Of a DNA stretch of 46,209 nt, positions 12,846 to 23,217 are shown piece by piece. The position numbers and the translations under genes were made by a program. The stretch is from Conidiobolus incongruus B7586. Lineage: Eukaryota. Location: the NCBI GenBank assembly GCA_000697335.1, contig JNEM01013894.1, positions 1 to 46,209 on the forward strand. Reading direction: 5' to 3'. Under the pieces are notes generated by a model. That model saw nothing but the letters and a program-made list of their open reading frames with translations. It did not search any database and was not told the DNA's origin. Numbering within the stretch: the stretch's first letter is position 1; each line of letters begins with the position of its first letter.

Positions 12846-13282
12846 AAAATTAATAATAAAAAATAGAAATTATGCTAGCTCTTTTCTGAGATATATAGGT
12901 GATATTCAAAATATTTCATAAATTTATTTATATTGTTTTATTTAGTTATGAATTTAAGATAGCTTAAATAAGATAGGTCTTTTATATAAGATCTTCCAGC
13001 TTTTAGTTGATTAAACCAGTTTGTAATTCTATATTTTGAAACCCTTTTGCCGTCAGTTGCTACTTGTATATCTTTATGAATAATATAAAATGATTAATAT
13101 AATATGATATTTTGATAACTGTTCTTTGTTTAACTGATGTAAAATTTGAAATTCTGTGGTTTTCAGTTATTTTATTTTTGGTTGTGAATCTCTTATAAAG
13201 GTATATTATATATATAGTGAATATGATGAATTATTAGGTTACTTACTGTAATTCAAAATAATGCTAAAATTTAGATATTATA
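12846..13282 (-). mobile_element. Second copy of the mariner-like 5' fragment (see 3105-3541)
   Basis: Near-identical direct repeat of 3105-3541; shares the same decayed codons. Confidence 0.65.
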
Positions 13283-14421
13283 AAATGATTTATTAAACAA
13301 TAATTGTTTAAATTATAGGAAATTACTATTTGAACCAGCTGATATTACAAGTTTATTAACAGTTTTCAAATTTCACCTATTAATAAAATATCTATATTTA
13401 AAAACTACTTTAGTTCTGTTAATTATAATATACTTTCATGGGTGAATATTAATTAATAATAAATAATATAGCTATTATCAAATTAATTAGATAATGTGAG
13501 ATAATGCCCCATTTTTTCAAAATTTAGAATATTATTTTGAAAAGTTGGATATTACAATTCGCTAATTCAAAGGTGAAAAATATTAACAGTTTTCAACCGC
13601 TATAAAAAATTCAATTTAATGTTATAAATTAATTATCTGATAATTAGTGATTAAAGTGTCTGAAATTACTAAAAAATTGTTTAGTTTCAATAATATTTAC
13701 AATGAAGTATTCAAATTTGAACTTGTTAATTATTTTTATATTGTTAATATATAGTAGTATTTCAAAGAGTTAAGATTTAACACCATTAAATATTTAACCT
13801 ATAAATGTTATTTTATAAATGGGATGGTTTGAATATTAGTAATTGTTAATGAAGCGTGTTTGATATTAACAAGATTGCTTAGGATTGAACTTGTTATAAC
13901 TTGTATACAACAGATATATATATATATTCTTTTGTCCGATAAAAAGAAAATATCTTTCAAAATGTTTCATATATTAAAAATATATTCTATACATTATTAA
14001 ATTTAAATTTATATGATGTTTTTGTATATGATTTAATCTTTAGCTATACATTGAATAATTATTAAAATTCCTTTTTTGTACAATTAAAAATATTAACAGA
14101 CTAAATTATGTACCGATTCTTATTGCAATGCTATTAGAACTATTTCACTTCAAAATCCTTAATAAAAAAGGTTTTCTAAATGCTGAATTCTACAATAATA
14201 TCATTATTTTTGATTTTTTTTTTCAATTTCCTCTCCCTCCCCCCTCTCATCTTGAAAATGCAAAATTTAATTTGAAATATGTTACAAAAAAATTCGAATT
14301 CAGATTTAAATTGATATTAATTAATGAGCATCAAAAAGTGTATGAACAAGATATAACTCCTCAGTATAATAAATCCATAATATAATATTTATACAATACG
14401 AACACATGTAATCATAGCGAA

Positions 14422-14687
14422 TTAATATTGTAGTTTCTCTATGGGTATTATGGATGTAGTAATGTGAGGTGCAATGGCTATTGCTGTTACCTAATAATGA
14501 CAAGTGTATTTGAGGGTTTATTGGCTAAAGCAGTGTTTGGAATAAGTCATTGGATTTAACCATTAAGGCTGATTGATATTACAACATATCGCAAGTAGTG
14601 GTCAATTAAGGTAAAGGCTCCTTATAGAATAGAAACTCGGGGCTAGAAATGGTGTCAAGGGTAGCACTTTGGGATCTCACAATATCA
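14422..14687 (-). mobile_element. Inverted second copy of the solo-LTR-like repeat (see 9678-9945)
   Basis: Reverse complement of 9678-9945 with few differences; termini TAATATTGT...ACAATATCA. Confidence 0.55.
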
Positions 14688-15301
14688 AAAGGTTATTGTG
14701 AAAGTTAGATTGAAATAATTTTTTATAATTAGAAATATTAAAATATTGAAATAGTATTTTGTTCTCTATTTGAATTGTTTAAATTGATTCATTTGAAAAT
14801 TAATAATAATAAAATACTAATATACTTATAATCTATATTATCTTGATAAATAGTATTTTGTATATTAAATAGGTTTGTACCTAATTTTTCTTGGTTAAAA
14901 TTTTGTATTTATTACTCAAAATTATCAATATATTGTGAAAAGATTAGTATTAATTTAAGTATAAATGTAATTATTAATTAAAAACTCACTTTTATACTAT
15001 TATATTGGATAAGTATATTTAAAAGTTTAAAATTTTTCATATATAATACTTATTTTAAAAAATAACAATTTATGAATAATTTAGAAATTTTAATTCAAAT
15101 TCTTAAACATCAAACTATAGAAAAATCTTAAGAAATAAAATATATTAATGAAAAAATGATTAGATATATGAAAAAAAGATAGAATATATAGTATAAATAA
15201 AAATCTACATCAATAATTAGCGATGTATTATATTTCAAGCCGAAAAAATATTTACAGGTGGATTATTATGAAAATAATATTGAAATTTATTTAATCAGCA
15301 A

Positions 15302-15373
15302 CTTTTATTACCATTATGGTGAGTATACCCGCTTGCCATATTAGCGTCATGTGTTCAATTCCCAATTAGAGTT
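15302..15373 (+). pseudogene. Decayed tRNA-Asp copy (tRNA pseudogene)
   Basis: TGGTGAGTATACCCGC (15317-15332) and GTTCAATTCCCA match the tRNA-Asp at 23146-23217 exactly, with ungapped spacing. Acceptor and anticodon stems no longer pair; the loop reads TTGCCAT. Confidence 0.7.
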
Positions 15374-17112
15374 ATATTAAGGTAGTTTTGTTGAAAATTT
15401 AGTGATTTATTTTTTAATGGACTATCAGAGTATATATAATTCAATATACTATAAAGTATTATACTTTAACTTGCTGTATATATTATCTTTGATTGATAGC
15501 ACTCTAAATATATTTTTCAAGATTATTTAGCTACAATTTTAAAAGATTATAAAAATTGAAATGATTATTTATATTAAAGTGATTTATGGTGCTTTTATTA
15601 ATATATTTATCATACTATAGGAAATAAATATAACAACGATTGTCCAATTATGATTAGTATCATATTATCTATATAGAATATTTTATCAACTGATTAATCC
15701 ATATTGCAATGATTCTATTTTCTTGATTGATTATACACCTTATTTATTGATCTATCCTATATTTATATCTTAATCCTAAGTCTTTATTTTACAGCTACTA
15801 ATGATCTATTTCCAATAGTTAATCATATTAAACTATATATAATATAAACATATAGGTTTTATATTAGATTTAATACAAATTAATCAATATCATTTCATCA
15901 ATTTTATATTTAAATTTCTTAAAATTTTGATTTATTATTTTACAGAAATATATTAAAAAATATAGATATCTTTAATTATATATATATATATATATAGAAT
16001 ATCATACTTAACATAAATATTGATTGTCATATATTGAAATGAAAAAAATTTTATATATTAAAAATTGGTATTTGATTAATAAAATTTAATATATATCGGA
16101 TATAATTCAATAATGATCATACTATATACTATGAGAAATGATATTTTGAATAAGATACTTAATTCCTGATCGAAAATTGCAATTTATTCAATATAATTAA
16201 CATAAGAAAATGAAACAATAATTTTTCAAAATAATAGCTAATGACCATATATTTAAAATTCTTAAACATTTCGATTTTATTTTTTAACTCATCATCCCAT
16301 TAATTATACAGTTTTTAATATACCTTATGTTTTATACATTAATATTGATTGTATCATATTGTTAATTTTCAAAAGCATTATTATTATTATTATTGTACTC
16401 ACAAATGTTATAGAACTATATTAAATTGATCTATCATCAAATGAATATTCAGCTATTTCAATAATAGCATTCTAATTAATAATTGTTTGAAAATGATACA
16501 TTTAATTTTAGGAAGCAACTGTTTGAAATATATTATCAAATTCAAATTAATTCATAATGTTTTTTTACAATTTTTACTTATAACTAGGGTATGAAATTAA
16601 TATAAATTAAAAATAACTATTTTTATCAAATAACAAACGAATTAGTTAATACGAATTCAATTGTCAGATTTCAATCATCTAATTTTTTTGATACTACAAA
16701 AATATTCACGAATATCTTTATTTAGTTACTTAATTAGGAAAAGAAATTAAAGTATTACTGTATTAAATCTGTAATTATTAGATTAAACGTTATCTTTAGA
16801 AAATAATTGGATTTGTAAACTTCGAAAAATGTATTAATAAAAAGAACTTTAAAAAGTGAATTGATATATCCTTAAAATACACAAAAATGGCCTAATTGAA
16901 CTAATTTGTCAATTGAGTGACCATGTGACAGCTACTTGATGGTTTTCAGTCATCTGATGTATATTAGAGTTTATATTCTTTTTCAGTTGAGTTGTCAAAA
17001 TCAAAATAATATTTTTCTCTATGAAATAATTTCAAATAAATAAAAATATATATTTCATCTAATTTTGTAGATGAATATTAATTCTGAATCAAACTTATCA
17101 TTACTTTAAATC

Positions 17113-17183
<71 letters not shown>
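17113..17183. repeat. (TTA)n microsatellite, about 23 units
   Basis: Uninterrupted ttattatta... run. Confidence 0.95.
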
Positions 17184-17972
17184 TATAAATACCATTTTAA
17201 AATTGGTAACTAAAGATATAGGGAATTAAAATTTACCAATTTGAATTAGAGATTATTAATATTTTTTGGTTTTATAAAATGTAATAATATTCATACCTAA
17301 ATAGAATACTAATTGATAAATATAGCGTAATAATAGAATAATATTAATAATATTATTAAAATAATAAATGAGCTATATGAGAATCTTTGATATATCAATG
17401 TATTCTACTTGTTGAATATGAGCAATGTATTACAAAATAATTCAAATTCAGAATTCGATAAAATTACTGGAAAAATTAGTGTATCATTTTTCAAAAATCT
17501 TTACTTAGTTAATGTAGTACAATTAACTAAGTATTAAAGATAGCGTGTTTGAAGGAAATTAATGCGCGAGATGCTTGGGACTCTCTTAATATTGGATCTC
17601 AATGACACCATTGTCACAAATACTTAGAAATATTCAATTAAAATAAGATAATCATTAGCGATGTGCATATTTTCATAATATTCTCATTGTGTACTATTAG
17701 ATTTATTAAAATGTGATTTTTTCTAAATGCTTGATTTGATTCAATTTCAATGAAAATTTATAGCAATATTGAAATAAAATGTCAAATAATAAAGTGTAGT
17801 GTGATAAAGGATAATATACTGGCTATATCATTAGTTTCTGGAGAATTCGTTTTATCATTGTAGTAATTCAATTGACAAATCAAGTAAAGAATATTATCCA
17901 ATTGTAGAATTAATTAAAATACAAGAAAAAAATACAAAACTGATAATTTGCAGTAAGTCACACATTTAATTG

Positions 17973-18034
17973 AGATTTTATAAGATTTGAAAGGATTTAA
18001 ACTTAGAAACACAAATTAAGGTATAAATAGTTAA
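17973..18034 (+). promoter_or_regulatory. Conserved promoter blocks of A2: AGATTTTATAAGATT and TATA box GGTATAAATAGTTAA
   Basis: Exact matches to the two 15-mers upstream of A1. Confidence 0.6.
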
Positions 18035-18167
18035 TTAGAACAAATTTGATTGGAGATTATTGCAACAAGTTGAATTGGTTGTGTTTCTAATTAATTTCCG
18101 TTACGAAATCCTAAAAACTAAGATTAGAACTTTATTAATTTTATAGCTTACTCATATTTGATTCATC

Positions 18168-19610
18168 ATGGTCAAGCTCTTTTGTTCTGTATTATCCTTG
18201 ATCGTTGGCTCGATCATTGCTCAAGATACTTCATATCCCACTCATGCATCGGATGTTGTCTCTGACTTCATCAACTATGTCAACTCTTCTCCCACAGTCT
18301 ATCACTCCGTCGCCAGCAGTAAAGGACGCTTGGAAAAGGCTGGTTACAAGAGATTGAGTGAAAAAGAAAATTGGAAGGATGTTTTGAGGCCTAATGGTAA
18401 ATACTATGTTATCCGTGGTAAATCAACCCTCGTCGCCTTCTCTGTTGGTGGTCAATATAAACCCGGTAATGGATTTAGTATCATTGCTTCACACGATGAC
18501 TCTCCTTCCCTTCGTCTTAAACCCAAATACAATAAGGGCAATAAGCAATACCTCCAGGCTGGCTTCGCTACTTACGGTGATGGTGCCTGGTACTCTTGGT
18601 TTGATCGTGATCTTGGTCTCGCTGGTAGATTGATCATTGAAGATAAGCCTGGTCACTTTGTTGATACACTCGTCAATATCAATAGACCCATTTTCCGTAT
18701 CCCCACTCTAGCCATTCATTTAGACCGTACCATTGATTCTGAAGGTTTCACCATTAACCCTGAAACTGAACTTGTCCCTATTGCTGGTACTTTGAATGCT
18801 CCCAATGCTATTAATAATACCCTCTTTGTTCATCATCTTCTCGCTGAAGAGCTCAAAATCAAGCCCCATCAAATTGCTGATCAGGATTTAGCTTTATACG
18901 ATTTGAATCCCACAACTGTTGGTCTCGTCACTGGTGATGTGATCACTGGGCACCGTCTTGATGCTCTTACCATGACCTATTCCGGTCTCAGAGCTTTGCT
19001 TGATAGCTCTAATGGTGAGAACTTGAGCAGAGATAGCCGCGTTCGTGTTTTTGTTCAATTCGATCACGAAAAGGTCGGAAGTTCTTCCTTCCAAGGTGCC
19101 AAATCCAGCTTCTTGCCCTCTATCCTCAAGCGCATCACATTCGCTTCTCCTTCAACTGATGAATCTATTCAAGAACAAGCTCTTGCTGATTCCCTCTTAG
19201 TCTCTACAGAACAAGGCCATGCCTACAATCCCTCCGGCGCCTCCCTCTACGAGAGTGAACACTTAGTTCACTTGAATTCTGGACCCTTCATCGCTTACAA
19301 CCACGGCACCAAATATGCTACCAATTCTGCTACTTCCTCTCACTTGACTGCTGTTGCTAAGGCTGCCAATGTCACTTTACAACGCAAGATTCACCGCAAC
19401 GACATCAGTGAACGCACCACATTTGGTGCTGCTCTTGCTTCTCTTCTTGGTGTCTCCACAGTCGATTTCGGTACTGGTCAACTCTCCAAGAATTCCATTC
19501 GTGAAGTTATCGGGGTCCACGACTTACAAGACAGTGTCAAAGTGCTTACCAAATTTTTGGAAGTTTCTCCCATCCAACTCCAAGACGAAGATGGCTTTGA
19601 TGAATTATAA
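18168..19610 (+). CDS. M18-family aspartyl-aminopeptidase homologue, type A2: signal peptide, degenerate metal site, C-terminal FDEL
   Basis: Intronless 480-aa ORF colinear with A1. Motifs ASHDDSP, IPTLAIHL, RLDAL, FDHEKVGS, STEQGHA, LSKNSIRE. N-terminus MVKLFCSVLSLIVGSIIAQ; ends DEDGFDEL. Confidence 0.93.
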   Translation: MVKLFCSVLSLIVGSIIAQDTSYPTHASDVVSDFINYVNSSPTVYHSVASSKGRLEKAGYKRLSEKENWKDVLRPNGKYYVIRGKSTLVAFSVGGQYKPGNGFSIIASHDDSPSLRLKPKYNKGNKQYLQAGFATYGDGAWYSWFDRDLGLAGRLIIEDKPGHFVDTLVNINRPIFRIPTLAIHLDRTIDSEGFTINPETELVPIAGTLNAPNAINNTLFVHHLLAEELKIKPHQIADQDLALYDLNPTTVGLVTGDVITGHRLDALTMTYSGLRALLDSSNGENLSRDSRVRVFVQFDHEKVGSSSFQGAKSSFLPSILKRITFASPSTDESIQEQALADSLLVSTEQGHAYNPSGASLYESEHLVHLNSGPFIAYNHGTKYATNSATSSHLTAVAKAANVTLQRKIHRNDISERTTFGAALASLLGVSTVDFGTGQLSKNSIREVIGVHDLQDSVKVLTKFLEVSPIQLQDEDGFDEL

Positions 19611-21155
19611 TTCAATTCATCAAGTTTAACATACAAAAATATTTATTTTATTGTCACATTCATTAATAGTGAAGGACATATATTTTATTTATTTAAATCG
19701 TAATAATACCAATCATAGTCATAATATTAATAAAAAATATAAACACTTATATTATATAACAATGGTCTACTGATATATTTAAAACATTTATCTGATTTAT
19801 TAAATAAAACTAAGCCAAACTCAAGCGAAATTGAATAATAACAATATTTCAAACCGAAATTCAATGACAGGTCATTTATTGTTTAAATTTAGGTAATAAA
19901 TTTGAGTAAATTATGGTATAATGTTATTAAAAATTAAACCAAATCAGCCTATGATTAATTTTTTTTGTTTTCTAAGAAATATTGAAATAGTTTTTTATAC
20001 ATTATTATAAAATATTCCTAAATGCATTAATGGACTATTTTACATAATATGATAAAATTTTACTATGACTTTATTTTTAATTATTTTCAATATTAAAAAT
20101 TTAAGTAATGAGTAAAAGTAGATTTTGAAACAAAACGTGAAAAATTCTTTTTATAATTGATAAATAGTAAATTATAGTTCTAATTCTAAATTTTGAAAAG
20201 ATATTTAATTTTTCTCTCTCTCTAAATACTAGAATATATAATCGAGTTATATTATATCTATATATTTTAATTCTTAATTATTGATTCAACAAATTTGATG
20301 TCTAAATAAATAGCTGAAAAAGATCAGGAAAAAATAATTAAATAATACCAAAACAGATATTTTTCAGAAATTGATATAGTTTTAATCATTCGATATATTA
20401 CAATAATAGACTTTGCTATAGTATCAAGATGTTTAGTGCAATGCATAAAAATATCTTTATTTTGAAATTAGCAACTGAATAATAAACTTAATGAAAGCAT
20501 ATATGGTAGAATTTATGAATCTATAACCAAATTATTATTAATATAGCTAAATTTGGTCAATAAATATTAATATATTTTAACTTGCGTTTTGTTCTTTTTG
20601 CAATTTATCAATTTATATAATTGTAGATATATTTTGATCATAGAATAATAACTTGAAATTGATTAATGGTAAATTCGATCAATGATCATCTATCAACTCA
20701 ATTCAATTTTTTGATATTCAAAATTATTGCAAATATTATGAATACTATTACAAATATTCCTGAATGTTAAATGAAACTGGGTTTATGCCCAATTTTTGAA
20801 AATGAAAAATATATCATTTATATTAATTATTAGAATATATTAAATAAGGAAATATATAACTAATGATTAATATATGCACTATTAATATGGTCAAGGGTAC
20901 TTAAAAATATATTTTAAAAATTTTGTAAGAATTAGGTGATTCTTAAGAATTATTGCAAATTGAACTAAAACTGAAATAAAAATGTTAATCTTGCAAGATT
21001 GAGCTAGTTGGACTGGGATTTTAAGCTGAATAGTGGATTTGATTACAAGACAGTTTTCACATTCAGGTCGTTCGAAAGATTGCTAATGCCTGCAGAATTT
21101 TTCATTTTGAAATGATGCCATCTTATGGAATAATACCTATTGGGCAAACATTTGT

Positions 21156-21179
21156 TATAAAAGCTGTTGTATTTCCCAA
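21156..21179 (+). promoter_or_regulatory. Core promoter of B2: TATAAAAGCT-N5-ATTTCCCAA
   Basis: Shared with B1; lies 40-65 nt upstream of the ATG. Confidence 0.55.
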
Positions 21180-21219
21180 ACTAAGTTCATTAATTAATAG
21201 ATTCTTAGTATTTTGAATA

Positions 21220-22727
21220 ATGTGGATTCAAGCTTCCGTCATCCCATTATTGGTCGGTTTGACTCAGTTTGTTGCTGGTCAGGTAATTCATTCTAATTAT
21301 TCTAATTACTCAGCAATTATATTTACATTATATTTATTTAGAATGTTAATCCTGAGCAGTATTATCAAGTAGGACAAGACTATGTTAACTTTTTAGAGCA
21401 AGCTATCCCTAGTCCTTTCCATGCTGTCCAAGAAGCTGCTAAGAGGTTATCTGCCCAAGGCTTCAAGAGATTGAGTGAACAAAAGAGCTGGGAAAAACAA
21501 ATTCAACCTAATGGAAAATATTACATCATCAGAGATGGAGCCAGTTTGGTTGCCTTTGCCGTTGGTGGTGACTATGTTCCTGGAAATGGCTTTACTGTCA
21601 TTGGGTCCCATACTGATTCCCCTCAATTAAAATTAAAACCTAATTGGTCCAAGGACAAGCCTGGTTATGGACTCGTTGGTTTTGAAACATATGGTGGGGG
21701 TCTCCAACACACCTGGATTGATCGAAACTTAGGTCTCGCTGGTAAAGTCGTTGTCCAAGAAGGTGACAGATATAAGACTAAGTTGATTAATATCAATAAG
21801 CCCGTTCTCTACATTCCTTCCTTACCATTTGAATTGAATACTGCCAATTCAAAGCCAACACTCCTTAAGCTCAACAAAGAAAATAATTTAATTCCTTTCG
21901 CTGGATTGAGTAACTCTCGAAATAACAAAGCTGACCCTGGCAAGCTATTATGGAGTGAAGTAGCTACCCAAGCCGGTGTTACTCCTGACAAGATCTCAGG
22001 TTATGAATTGAGTGCTTATGATTTGCAAAAGCCGACATTGGGAGGATTTCGTAATGAATTTGTCCTTTCAGGTCGTCAAGATGATTTAATGATGACCTAT
22101 TCCGCTGTCGAAGGTTTATTACAAAGTTTAGATGATGATAGTTTGAAGGCTGATCCTAATGTCCGAGTTGCTGCTCTCTTTGATCACGAAGAAGTTGGCA
22201 GTAGCTCCCGTCACGGTGCCGGCTCTACTCTCCTCCCTAATGTCATCTCCAGAGTTGTCAAGTCACAGCTCAAATCCCAAGATCCAACTGCCTACGATCG
22301 AGGCATTGCCAAATCATTCCTCATCTCTGCCGATCAAGGACATGCTGATCACCCCAACTATCCTAGCAGACTTGAAAGCAACAACTCACCCATCATGAAC
22401 GAAGGTCCGACTCAATTTGTCAGCCAATCTCAAAGATTTGCCACCAATGTCCAAACTACTTTGGTTCTTCAACGCGCTGCTAAAGCTGCTAATGTTACTG
22501 TTCAAACTTTCATGCTTCGTAATGATATTGCTTCAGGATCAACTATCGGTCCCTTGATCAGTACCCTCACAGGTATCTCCACAGTTGATATGGGAACAGC
22601 GCAATTCTCCATGCACTCAGCCCGTGAAATGGCTGGTACTTTGGATGTCTACAAGTCCAAAGCTCTGTTCACAAGCTACTATCGCAACTACCCCAAAATT
22701 ATCAAAGAATTGGAATTTGACGAATAA
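21220..22727 (+). CDS. M18-family aminopeptidase, type B2: signal peptide, intact dimetal site, His170->Glu, Lys374->Phe; 2 exons (21220-21282, 21342-22727), 482 aa
   Basis: Exon 1 reads MWIQASVIPLLVGLTQFVAGQ. A phase-0 intron at 21283-21341 is in the same position as in B1. Exon 2 starts NVNPEQYYQVGQDYVNFLEQAIPSPFH. Motifs GSHTDSP, RQDDL, FDHEEVGS, SADQGHA, GSTIGP, SMHSARE; IPSLPFEL; ends LEFDE. Confidence 0.93.
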
Positions 22728-23145
22728 TTTGAATTTAAAGTTAAAATAATCATAATATAATTTACCATAATACTCACATATCAAAAAAAATTATTTATTT
22801 ATTTACATTATCTAGTTTATCAATAAATACTGTAATTGATACTTAAAATTTTCAATTTTACTTAGTTCAATGCAGATAAACCAGCAAATTAATTTTAGAT
22901 ATAAATAGATCACTTTGAAATATTTTTAAATCAAATCTCAAAATATATTATTAAATATGAAATAAAAAATATTATATAATATTAAAAAATTAAAAATCAT
23001 TATATTACATAAAAAATTCTTCATTTAAATATGCAATTGAAACTAAAATTATCGAAATTGATTAATTGAAGGAAAATAAATGAATTAATTTAATGATTTA
23101 AATTAAGAGGATATAATAATTGTAAAAAGTAAGGAATTGAACAAA

Positions 23146-23217
23146 CTCTCCGACTGGGAATTGAACCCAGGTCACCCGCGTGACAGGCGGGTATACTCAC
23201 CACTATACTATCGAAGA
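23146..23217 (-). tRNA. tRNA-Asp (GTC), intronless, 72 nt
   Basis: Reverse complement TCTTCGATAGTATAGTGGTGAGTATACCCGCCTGTCACGCGGGTGACCTGGGTTCAATTCCCAGTCGGAGAG folds as a cloverleaf. Anticodon arm CCCGC-CTGTCAC-GCGGG, T arm CTGGG-TTCAATT-CCCAG, discriminator G. Confidence 0.97.

Noticed and set aside
13290..13910. Short internal repeats (TATTAACAGTTTTCAA at ~13345 and 13581; TTGAACTTGTTA twice)
   Set aside because: Too short and irregular to define an element or array.
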